DNA from: a virus
Lineage: Duplodnaviria > Caudoviricetes
DNA: 43,347 nucleotides
Strand: one strand, 5' to 3'
IMG/VR virus record: IMGVR_UViG_3300027545_000002
Location: 1-43,347 of that record
Shown in pieces: positions 33,999 through 41,971 of the stretch. Position 1 is the stretch's first letter. Each line of letters opens with the position of its first letter. The position numbers and the translations under genes were made by a program. Below the pieces are notes generated by a model. It searched no databases, had not been told where the DNA came from, and saw only the letters and a program-made list of their open reading frames with translations.

Positions 33999-34437
33999 AA
34001 CCAGTTGTATTGCTGAATATCTGAATGCTGGTTTTACTTTATTCCCATGCTATCAAGATAAAACCCCAGCAAAAAAAGCTTGGAATAAACTAACATTTGA
34101 TTCTAATTTTGCTCTTGGCCAATATGTAGCGTTTGGGGTACAGCTCGGGGCACTAGATATGGTGCTTGACTATGATCCAAGACGGGACGATATATATTTG
34201 GGCCAGTTGAAAGAATTTATAAAACTGCTAGGCTATACAACACCTCTTAAAACTTTAATAGTTACCACTGCCCGCAAGGGCTTACACGTATATCTAAAAA
34301 GGCAACCAACGGAAACTAAATTGCCTTCTTACATACCAAATTTTCCAGCTATTGAGTTAAAGAAGCAAGGGCAGTATGTAATAGGCGCAGGAAGTGTAAT
34401 TAATGGTGTCCAATACCGAATTGTTCGTAAAGGATAA
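33979..34437 (+). CDS. Prim-Pol (bifunctional primase/polymerase N-terminal) domain protein
   Basis: LFPC..DKTP, VLDYD, TTARKGLHVY, IELK..GQYVIGAGS. Confidence 0.88.
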   Translation: MNQVKYRTSCIAEYLNAGFTLFPCYQDKTPAKKAWNKLTFDSNFALGQYVAFGVQLGALDMVLDYDPRRDDIYLGQLKEFIKLLGYTTPLKTLIVTTARKGLHVYLKRQPTETKLPSYIPNFPAIELKKQGQYVIGAGSVINGVQYRIVRKG

Positions 34438-34759
34438 CGAATATATAGTTATTCTATACGACCCAAAGCTTAAAAAACGTGCTGTAGCTATTGCTCCTCT
34501 ATATGACAGAGATTGGCAGAATATAACTTATTTAGAAGGATTGGATTTTATTTGGCGTGAAGGTAATAACGCCTGTGATTGTAATAAGCGAGGATATTTT
34601 AAAGAATATGCTGACTTACTAGAAGCAGATAATATATGCACACATAATATTATTGTGGATAGTTTAATATTGCCTAATGGCGCAGTTCTGATAAATAAAG
34701 GTGAATTTAACGGAGAATATAAAGACGGTAGAATTATCCACGTTAAAGGATGGTTCTAA
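34403..34759 (+). CDS. Hypothetical protein (W.EGN..CDCN motif) between the primase halves
   Basis: 118 aa ORF overlapping both neighbours. Confidence 0.6.
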   Translation: MVSNTELFVKDNEYIVILYDPKLKKRAVAIAPLYDRDWQNITYLEGLDFIWREGNNACDCNKRGYFKEYADLLEADNICTHNIIVDSLILPNGAVLINKGEFNGEYKDGRIIHVKGWF

Positions 34760-36435
34760 TGGTTTTTAACATAAAATTATTAGACGAGGATGACACCTTA
34801 TTTCAATATTTATCAACTACCCAAAGAAAAGCAATATGCAATTTAGAGCCATTTGAAGATGATTCAATACAAAATCAATCGTTCTACATAAAACAATTAA
34901 ACAATACGAATGGTAGTATTTTAGGACAAGGTTCTAATAATGAAACTTTTCATTTAGCTAGGGAAGGCAAGTTAAGAGGATTAAGCGAAAACACCGCATT
35001 TAACTTAATGTTGGAATACTGGAATGAAAAATGTCAGCCACCATGGCCAGCTGAAAAACTTAGAGTAGTAGTTAAAAACGCATTTGAATTTAGCAAAGCA
35101 CCGCAAGGCTGTATGAATGTATGGCAGGCGTTTAAAGACGTAGACATAATTCAGTATGATGATGAATTAGAAAAAAATGAAGCTGGTTGGTCTGTCTTAC
35201 GAAATAAAGCAAAGAAAGAAGATCCAACGGCTGAAACGTGGAATGCTAGGGCTATTTTTTATAGTAAAAGAGTCAGCGTTAAAATTGATGGGCATACTAA
35301 AGAAGTAAAAAATCCAGTTTATAGGCTTTTGAAATACAATAAATTTGCTAATCAAATTTCTTTTAATTATCCAGCTCCCTGGCATGATGAGCCACAAGAA
35401 TACTGGGTTGATTCAGATGTTATTGAATGTAGGCGTTGGATGGATCAACGGCTTTCAATGCCATTTTCTAAAACAGTTATGGAAGACGCGGCATTGCAAG
35501 CAGCTATGACCTATAAATGGCATCCTGTAAGAGATTGGCTTAATTCTTTGCGATGGGATGGAGAGGCAAGACTCGATAGGATGTTAATTGATTATGCAGG
35601 TTCTCCAGATACTCTATATGTGCGAGAAGTGACAAAAAATACTCTGATTGCTGCCGTTGCAAGAGTATTTGAACCGGGATGCCAGCATGACTCAATGCTC
35701 GTTCTTGAAGGCAAGCAGGGCACGGGCAAAACGAGCATGGTGCGTATCCTTGGAGGTAAGTACTATGCAGATATAAAAATTGATTTAATGAATTTAAAAG
35801 ATACGATTCAATGTATGCAAGGACGATGGATTCTTGAGGCATCTGAGTTAGAGTTTATGAAGCGCAACGAAGCGCAAGCTATTAAACGCTTCCTCACTTT
35901 AACACATGATATAACTAGATTTGCATGGGCTAGATATGATCAAGAATACCCTCGTCAAAGCGTATTTATAGGTACTGTAAATCCTGATAGAGAAGCCGGT
36001 TATTTATCAGACACCGAGGGAAATAGACGCTATTGGCCCGTTGCCACTTCTAAAATAGATTTGCAAGCATTATCTAGGGATCGTGATCAACTATTTGCTG
36101 AAGCCTATCACCGCTATAAACAGGGTGAAAAATGGCATATTAAAGACGCTTTAATACTTAAAACGGCTATAGATGAGGCTAATTTGAGAGTAGGAAAAGA
36201 TCCGTGGGAAGAAACTATAGCCTTATGGTTAACCGGAGATCACGCAAATCTAATTTCTTCTTATATTGCTGATCAAGCGTTAAGTTTAAAAGGTAATCAA
36301 TTTAATAAGCATTATTCAAATAGGCTAGGAAAGATTATGGAAAAATTAGGGTACGAGCAAAAACAAAAACGAATAGGAACAAGCCGACCATATGTCTGGG
36401 TTAAAAAGGAAGAAAATTATGCAAAAGACCTGTGA
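34750..36435 (+). CDS. PriCT plus VirE/VapE-type P-loop ATPase (replicative helicase partner of Prim-Pol)
   Basis: WNEKCQPPW (PriCT), HPVRDWL..L.WDG, LEGKQGTGKTS, WILEASE, FIGTVN, GNRRYWP. Confidence 0.92.
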   Translation: MVLMVFNIKLLDEDDTLFQYLSTTQRKAICNLEPFEDDSIQNQSFYIKQLNNTNGSILGQGSNNETFHLAREGKLRGLSENTAFNLMLEYWNEKCQPPWPAEKLRVVVKNAFEFSKAPQGCMNVWQAFKDVDIIQYDDELEKNEAGWSVLRNKAKKEDPTAETWNARAIFYSKRVSVKIDGHTKEVKNPVYRLLKYNKFANQISFNYPAPWHDEPQEYWVDSDVIECRRWMDQRLSMPFSKTVMEDAALQAAMTYKWHPVRDWLNSLRWDGEARLDRMLIDYAGSPDTLYVREVTKNTLIAAVARVFEPGCQHDSMLVLEGKQGTGKTSMVRILGGKYYADIKIDLMNLKDTIQCMQGRWILEASELEFMKRNEAQAIKRFLTLTHDITRFAWARYDQEYPRQSVFIGTVNPDREAGYLSDTEGNRRYWPVATSKIDLQALSRDRDQLFAEAYHRYKQGEKWHIKDALILKTAIDEANLRVGKDPWEETIALWLTGDHANLISSYIADQALSLKGNQFNKHYSNRLGKIMEKLGYEQKQKRIGTSRPYVWVKKEENYAKDL

Positions 36436-36619
36436 ATTTGAAAAACTAACAAGTAAACAAGAAGATATTATAAAAACAGCAGAAAATATATACTGCAAAA
36501 ATGTAGGGAACGATGCTTTGAATTGGCCTGAAGATGTAGCAAGGGATGCCGCAGAAAAAGCATTTACTTTAGCTAAAATATTTTACGAAGCTTCTTGTGA
36601 GTATATAGAAGAAGACTAG
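36419..36619 (+). CDS. Hypothetical protein
   Basis: Fills the gap between the ATPase and helicase genes. Confidence 0.55.
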   Translation: MQKTCEFEKLTSKQEDIIKTAENIYCKNVGNDALNWPEDVARDAAEKAFTLAKIFYEASCEYIEED

Positions 36620-37921
36620 ATGCTATTCCCCTTCCAAAAAATAGGTGTTGAGTTTTTAAAAGCTGAACCCCACAGGCTTCTCTCAGATCAGATGGGGCTT
36701 GGGAAGACCATACAAGCATTATCAGCCGCAGCAGAACTAGGTGTTTGTTCTATCCTAGTGATCTGTCCGGCAATTATAAAGGACACTTGGGCTAAGCATA
36801 TTGAAGACTGGACTACGTTTGATTCTCGCAGTATTCAAATACTTAGAACAAAAAGCGATATCGTTAGCGATAAACGAGTTATTATTGTAAATTATGAACT
36901 ACTTTACCCCCAAATATCTAAAAAAAGAAATTCCGTGGATGGAATCCTTTCCCAGCTTATCCGAAATAGAAAATTCGGATTATGCATTGTGGATGAAGCG
37001 CACCGCCTTAAAGAGATCAGTGCAAAAATTACTCATGTTATCCTTGCGAAAACTGGAAAACGTGCGCCTCTCATTTCGATCGCCTATCGCAAATGGCTGC
37101 TTACGGGTACTCCAATGCCTAATCGCCCCATTGAGCTTTTTCCTATTCTTCGGACTCTTGCCCCGTCAACCATTGAACCCTACGGAACATATGAGGTTTT
37201 TGGAAACCGTTTTTGCGATCCCAAGCCAAACGACTACGGAATAAACTACGACGGTGCTAGTAATGTAGAAGAATTAAAAGAACGCCTTAGCAAGTTTATG
37301 CTTCGTCGTGAAATGAAGGAGGTTTACGCTCAGCTTCCAGAGCGTCTGATAAGCCCAATATACTGTCAAGTAAAGTTAGATATAAGTGAAAAAGATACTC
37401 CGTTGGCAACATTACGAAAAGCTCTAGGCGATGCGAAAATACCTTTTTGCGTTGAATATTTGCAAGATAAACTTGAATCCATGAAAGGGAAGATCGTTGT
37501 TTTTGCATACAGCCGCTCCGTTATTGAAGGTATTGCAAACCACGATAAACTTGCAAAGTATGACCCTGTTTTTATATATGGGAGTTTAACATATGAGGAT
37601 AAAGCATTCGCTCTTAAGCAGTTTAAAACAGATCCTAATTGTAGAATTATTGTACTTCAGTATAACGCTGCTGGGACTGGTACTGATGGTTTACAGCAGC
37701 ATAGTAATTGCATGGTTATGGCTGAACCTGACTGGTCAGCCGGTACCTTTGACCAAGCCATTGGCAGACTTCACAGAATTGGACAAACAGAATTAGTTAG
37801 CGTTTACCCAATAATTGCTAGAGAAACACTGGACGAATCCATTTTTGGTGTATACAATAAGAAGTCCAAAGTAATTGATAAAGTGTTACGTAATGGAAAA
37901 AGAGTTAAAGCTGTCAAGTAA
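36620..37921 (+). CDS. SNF2-family helicase
   Basis: DQMGLGKT, ICPA, DEAH, LTGTP, QAIGRLHRIGQ. Confidence 0.95.
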   Translation: MLFPFQKIGVEFLKAEPHRLLSDQMGLGKTIQALSAAAELGVCSILVICPAIIKDTWAKHIEDWTTFDSRSIQILRTKSDIVSDKRVIIVNYELLYPQISKKRNSVDGILSQLIRNRKFGLCIVDEAHRLKEISAKITHVILAKTGKRAPLISIAYRKWLLTGTPMPNRPIELFPILRTLAPSTIEPYGTYEVFGNRFCDPKPNDYGINYDGASNVEELKERLSKFMLRREMKEVYAQLPERLISPIYCQVKLDISEKDTPLATLRKALGDAKIPFCVEYLQDKLESMKGKIVVFAYSRSVIEGIANHDKLAKYDPVFIYGSLTYEDKAFALKQFKTDPNCRIIVLQYNAAGTGTDGLQQHSNCMVMAEPDWSAGTFDQAIGRLHRIGQTELVSVYPIIARETLDESIFGVYNKKSKVIDKVLRNGKRVKAVK

Positions 37922-38108
37922 ATTAAGTTTTAGAGGTTGGCCGCAAAGCTGCGTAAGTCAACTGCTAAAATTGGAAACGGATAATGAAGAACTATTATTA
38001 GAAGTGAGGATATTAAGAGATGCCATTAGAAGATGTGTTGGAGAACGGAATACTACAATTAAAACGGATAGCGGATCGCCTGGAAATGATCCACAACCAT
38101 TTGACTAG
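37893..38108 (+). CDS. Hypothetical protein
   Basis: ORF overlapping both neighbours; weak support. Confidence 0.35.
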   Translation: MEKELKLSSKLSFRGWPQSCVSQLLKLETDNEELLLEVRILRDAIRRCVGERNTTIKTDSGSPGNDPQPFD

Positions 38109-38475
38109 CTTGCCCGAGAAAAACCCAAAACTAGATGAAATGCTAGTTGAGGAAGAAGCGGAAGAAGAAAAACCCAAGGCTAAACCTAAAGGTAAAGCTA
38201 AACCAGAATCAGTAAAAGAAAAAGAAGTTACTGAAGAAGAGGTACGCATAGCTGCTAACGCAATGATTAAATCTGCTATTAAATCAGTAGGCGGGGATAA
38301 AACAAAGGGCGTTGCTGAAGGCAAGAAACACGTTAAGCGTGTACTTGGGGAATTTGATTGCGAAAAGATTGAAGATTTACAAGAAAGTGACTATAAGAAT
38401 GCTGTACGGGCATTTGAGAGAGTTGCTGGGACGTTTGCGCCTGATGCTGAAAGTAGTGACGATTTAGATATATAA
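38020..38475 (+). CDS. Hypothetical protein typical of APSE-type replication modules
   Basis: K/E/P linker then VTEEEVR...KIEDL...Y helical domain upstream of DUF2800; GAGG RBS. Confidence 0.7.
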   Translation: MPLEDVLENGILQLKRIADRLEMIHNHLTSLPEKNPKLDEMLVEEEAEEEKPKAKPKGKAKPESVKEKEVTEEEVRIAANAMIKSAIKSVGGDKTKGVAEGKKHVKRVLGEFDCEKIEDLQESDYKNAVRAFERVAGTFAPDAESSDDLDI

Positions 38476-38551
38476 TTTAGCTGTTGGGAGTAGGTCGCGT
38501 CTAACTTAGGGCGAGGGGTGGAATAGACGATAAACAGAACCCCTTCCATTT

Positions 38552-38621
38552 GTCTCTGTAGCTCCAGTGGTAGAGCGACCCAGAAATGGGGAGGTGCATG
38601 GTTCGAATCCTTGCTGAGACA
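38552..38621 (+). tRNA. tRNA-like element / pseudo-tRNA with shortened anticodon arm (GAA in loop)
   Basis: Acceptor GTCTCTG/CTGAGAC, TA, D arm GCTC-CAGTGGTA-GAGC, T arm with GGTTCGAATCC; anticodon arm only CCCA-GAAA-TGGG. Confidence 0.7.
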
Positions 38622-38698
38622 TGCCCTATGTATCGCTAAGGCACTCAAAGTAAGTCCTAAGGTGGGTGACGGGCGCCATTTATAAAAAGGAAGTCAAA

Positions 38699-39844
38699 AT
38701 GCCAGAAACAGAAGAAAAACACGCAGTATTCTCCCCAAGCGCAGCAAAACGCTGGATTAATTGCCCCGGTTCTGTAAACTTGTGCAAAGATTTACCAAAG
38801 CAAAAGCCTAATTTTTATAGTGCTGAAGGGACTGTGGCGCATGAGTTAGCAGCATCCTATTTGAATTTAAAAGCTGGGAATTTTCCTATTCCTAGCAAAA
38901 CTATTCAAGACGGTTTTGAGATAAACCGTACAGAAGAAATGTGGGAAGCGGTAAGCGTTTACGTAGCTTTTGTACGTGACCAAATAAACAAATATGACGA
39001 ACAACCAGAAATAGAACGCAAAGTAAAAGTAACTGATGATTGTTTTGGTACTGCTGACAGTATTATTTACAGCCCTTATCGCATTCTTATAGTTAATGAT
39101 TATAAGCATGGGGCTGGGATTCAGGTTGATGCTGAAATGAATGAACAAATGATGATTTATGCTCTTGGACGGTTAATAGAGATAGATGAAGATGAAGCGG
39201 AAGACCTGCCTATTGAAATGAATATAATTCAACCTAGAGGTGCTGGAGAATCAATTAAGACGTTTAGGATGAGGAGTAAGGATCTTCATAATTGGTATGA
39301 AGACGTTTTGGGGCCAACTTTATATAAAGCGAAACAACCAGATGCCCCACTAAATCCAGGTGATTGGTGTAAATACTGCCCCGCTGCGCTAACCTGTCCA
39401 GCATTGAAGAAAGAAAATTTAGCCGTAGCTAAAATAGCATTTCAAGAACCTACGCAATGGATTGACGTTCTTACACCAAAAGCTATTGCGGATTTACTTG
39501 ATAAAGAATCAATGGTTATGAGTTTTTATAAGCGGTTGAATGAACATGCTGCTGAACTAGCAAGTAAGAATACAAAGATTCCTGGTTATACCTACGAGAA
39601 AAAATGGGGTAATAGGAAATGGCGCGATGAATCTGGAGCTAGAACAGCATTATTTGCTGCTGGTTTTAGAGATTTTGAAACTAAGCCAAAACCTAAATTA
39701 CTTTCACCACATCAAATAGAACTATTAACTAAGAAAAAATTTGATTTAAAACCGTTTGTAGAATCGCCATTTACAGGCTATTCTCTAAAAAAAGCTAACG
39801 GTAAGGAAATAACAGTAAAAGAAGTATTTAGTGAGGTAGACTGA
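38699..39844 (+). CDS. DUF2800 / Cas4-like PD-(D/E)xK exonuclease
   Basis: HAVFSPSAAKRWINCPGS, EGTVAH, FGTAD, DYKHG, QPR, WCKYCPA...CP. Confidence 0.92.
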   Translation: MPETEEKHAVFSPSAAKRWINCPGSVNLCKDLPKQKPNFYSAEGTVAHELAASYLNLKAGNFPIPSKTIQDGFEINRTEEMWEAVSVYVAFVRDQINKYDEQPEIERKVKVTDDCFGTADSIIYSPYRILIVNDYKHGAGIQVDAEMNEQMMIYALGRLIEIDEDEAEDLPIEMNIIQPRGAGESIKTFRMRSKDLHNWYEDVLGPTLYKAKQPDAPLNPGDWCKYCPAALTCPALKKENLAVAKIAFQEPTQWIDVLTPKAIADLLDKESMVMSFYKRLNEHAAELASKNTKIPGYTYEKKWGNRKWRDESGARTALFAAGFRDFETKPKPKLLSPHQIELLTKKKFDLKPFVESPFTGYSLKKANGKEITVKEVFSEVD

Positions 39845-40560
39845 TGGGTGATATGGCTGATGCTGCTATGGAAATAATTGATCAAGAAAGACTTAATTAC
39901 TTATATAAACAACAATATAACGCAAAAAGGAAAACAAAAATGACAACAAAAACTGAAACAAAGAAAACACACTCCCTAAGTCCAATTATAAGAGTAAGTT
40001 TCTGCAACGTATGGAAACCACGTAAAGACACTGAAAAGTATGATATTACTGGGATTATGGACATGCCAAAAGACTTAAGTGAAAAAGATAAAGCTAGATG
40101 GAATACTATTAAAGAGTTAATGGTGCAGACTAAGAAAGAAAAATGGCCTAAATTTAGTGGGCCTGTACTTTGTACAATTAGAACAGAGAAAGGCTATAAA
40201 ACAGATGATTTTTTCTCAGATCCATTAGATTGCGAAAAATATCCTGAATACAAAGGCAAAGTAATTATCAAAGCTATCTCTAGTGGTAGACAGCCTGAAA
40301 TTATAGGGCCAGACAAAGAAGAAATTATCAACACAAAAGACTTTTATAGTGGATGTTACGCAATTCTTTCACTAACAGCATTTGCTTGGGAAAATAGTGG
40401 TAAGAAAGGCGTTTCTCTTGGTGTTAACCACATAATGAAAGTTAAAGACGGTACTCCGTTTGTTGGGAGTGCTACTACAGCAGCACAAGCATTTGAAGAA
40501 ATCCCAGCTTCTGAAGCATTTGCTACTACTGATGAAGAAGACGAGGATTACGGTATATAA
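39844..40560 (+). CDS. DUF2815 / gp2.5-like ssDNA-binding protein (alternative start 39940)
   Basis: RVSF...W, FYSGCY, GKKGVSLGVNHI.KVKDG, acidic tail. Confidence 0.9.
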   Translation: MGDMADAAMEIIDQERLNYLYKQQYNAKRKTKMTTKTETKKTHSLSPIIRVSFCNVWKPRKDTEKYDITGIMDMPKDLSEKDKARWNTIKELMVQTKKEKWPKFSGPVLCTIRTEKGYKTDDFFSDPLDCEKYPEYKGKVIIKAISSGRQPEIIGPDKEEIINTKDFYSGCYAILSLTAFAWENSGKKGVSLGVNHIMKVKDGTPFVGSATTAAQAFEEIPASEAFATTDEEDEDYGI

Positions 40561-40564
40561 GTTT

Positions 40565-40638
40565 GTGGGGCTGATCTAGACTGACGGATGATATACGTCA
40601 CATGCTAGAGGCGCTAATAGCCCTCAGCCCCACTTTTT
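40565..40638 (+). terminator. Branched stem-loop with T tail (terminator/attenuator or small RNA)
   Basis: 10-bp stem GTGGGGCTGA/TCAGCCCCAC plus TTTTT, enclosing inner hairpins. Confidence 0.65.
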
Positions 40639-40658
40639 ATTTTTAAAGGAAAAAACAA

Positions 40659-41000
40659 ATGAATTTAGAACCCTTAGGTGACCGTCTTATAATTCAACCT
40701 GAAAGTGCACCAGAGGTGACAGAAGGGGGAATTATAGTACCGGATACGATACAAGAAAAACCATTGCAAGGCATTGTAATTGCTGTTGGCCCAGGTAAGC
40801 GTGACGATAATGGTAAACGAATTGGTATGGACGTAGAAGTGGGTAATACAGTGCTTTATGCAAAGTATTCAGGAACTGACGCAAGAATAGGTGATATTGA
40901 GTATTTGATATTGAATGAGCATGATGTGCTTGCCCGCATTAAACCTGAAACAGAAGACGAAGAAGAAATGGAAAATTTTCCAGATAATCCAAGTTATTGA
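40659..41000 (+). CDS. groES: Co-chaperonin GroES
   Basis: LEPLGDR, TEGGIIVPDT..EKP..G.VIAVGPG, VLYAKYSGT, YLIL.E.DVLA. Confidence 0.96.
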   Translation: MNLEPLGDRLIIQPESAPEVTEGGIIVPDTIQEKPLQGIVIAVGPGKRDDNGKRIGMDVEVGNTVLYAKYSGTDARIGDIEYLILNEHDVLARIKPETEDEEEMENFPDNPSY

Positions 41001-41006
41001 GGGAAG

Positions 41007-41411
41007 ATGGATCTTGAATTTATTACCCAAAGGCATAACAGACTTAGAGGATATGTAACTATGGATAAATTGGATAGAATAGATGTTTTAGACAAAATTA
41101 CTGATCCAAATTTAGGCAAAAAGGAAACCATCCTAGAAGAAGCCGCGCGTATTGTTAACGGCCCACGCCGTCAGGAATATGGGCATCCTAAAGAAAATTT
41201 CAATGATGTAGCTCAGATGTGGACTATAGTTTTACGGGAGAAACTTTTAGGGCGTAATAAACTTTCTAACGAGCTTGAACCCATAACTCCTGACGATGTT
41301 ATCTTGATGATGCTTTGCTTAAAAATTTGCCGTGGCAAACAAGACTATAAGCGTGATACCGCGGTTGATATAGCTGGGTATGCGCAGTGTTGGGAGTTGG
41401 TGAACGAATAA
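41007..41411 (+). CDS. DUF6378-like (nucleotide-metabolism-associated) protein
   Basis: ILEEAARIVNGPRRQEYGHPKENF...W...MMLCLKICR...DTAVDIAGYA. Confidence 0.8.
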   Translation: MDLEFITQRHNRLRGYVTMDKLDRIDVLDKITDPNLGKKETILEEAARIVNGPRRQEYGHPKENFNDVAQMWTIVLREKLLGRNKLSNELEPITPDDVILMMLCLKICRGKQDYKRDTAVDIAGYAQCWELVNE

Positions 41412-41971
41412 TGCCACATTCTCCTGAGCTAATTAACAAACTGATAGAAATTATAGTTCAAGACTATCCTCGATCTATGTATTCTATTGAAATAGAAAAA
41501 CCTTTAGCTGGTACTTCTTTTGTACCGGATTTAACGGTAAGAAATAAAAGTAAAGCTGTTGTTTGCGTTGTAGAAATAGGTTATACGCATCCAGAAAAAC
41601 TAACTTGCTATAGAGATGAATTACATATATTAGATGTTCGTTGGTACGATAAACAGTTTAAACTTCATACTCCTTTTACTGATTTAAGAGTCGAAAAATT
41701 TGAATACGATAAAATTAACGGGCGTTATTTTATGACTATTCGAGAAGTAGCAAAAATGTTTTCTATTTCTTTAGTTACGGCGTATAGAAGAAATCATATT
41801 GGTTGGATTCCTTTTTATAAAGATCCTATAAGTAAGAAAATAATCTATAAACTGAAAGATGTTTTGGATTATATGGAAATGATCCCCGTACATAGAATAA
41901 CAAGTAATACGCATGACAAATATGATTTGATGCTATTAGCAAGAAATTCAAGAAAAGTAAAAGATGTCTAA
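41411..41971 (+). CDS. PD-(D/E)xK-like nuclease domain fused to excisionase-like HTH
   Basis: IEK...FVPDL...VVEIG; MTIREVAKMFSISLVTAYR...GWIP. Confidence 0.6.
   Translation: MPHSPELINKLIEIIVQDYPRSMYSIEIEKPLAGTSFVPDLTVRNKSKAVVCVVEIGYTHPEKLTCYRDELHILDVRWYDKQFKLHTPFTDLRVEKFEYDKINGRYFMTIREVAKMFSISLVTAYRRNHIGWIPFYKDPISKKIIYKLKDVLDYMEMIPVHRITSNTHDKYDLMLLARNSRKVKDV

Noticed and set aside
34429-34759. T4 gene 60-style ribosomal bypass (GGA-stop take-off, GGA landing) joining the primase halves
   Set aside because: Landing on the GGA at 34748-34750 continues TGG TTC TAA, which is not the VirE frame.
38552-38621. tRNA fragment as an attP site, or a functional tRNA-Phe
   Set aside because: No integrase recognised; the anticodon arm is too short and lacks U33.
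40565-40638. Hammerhead ribozyme
   Set aside because: Three-way shape and CTGA present, but no CUGANGA plus GAAA core.
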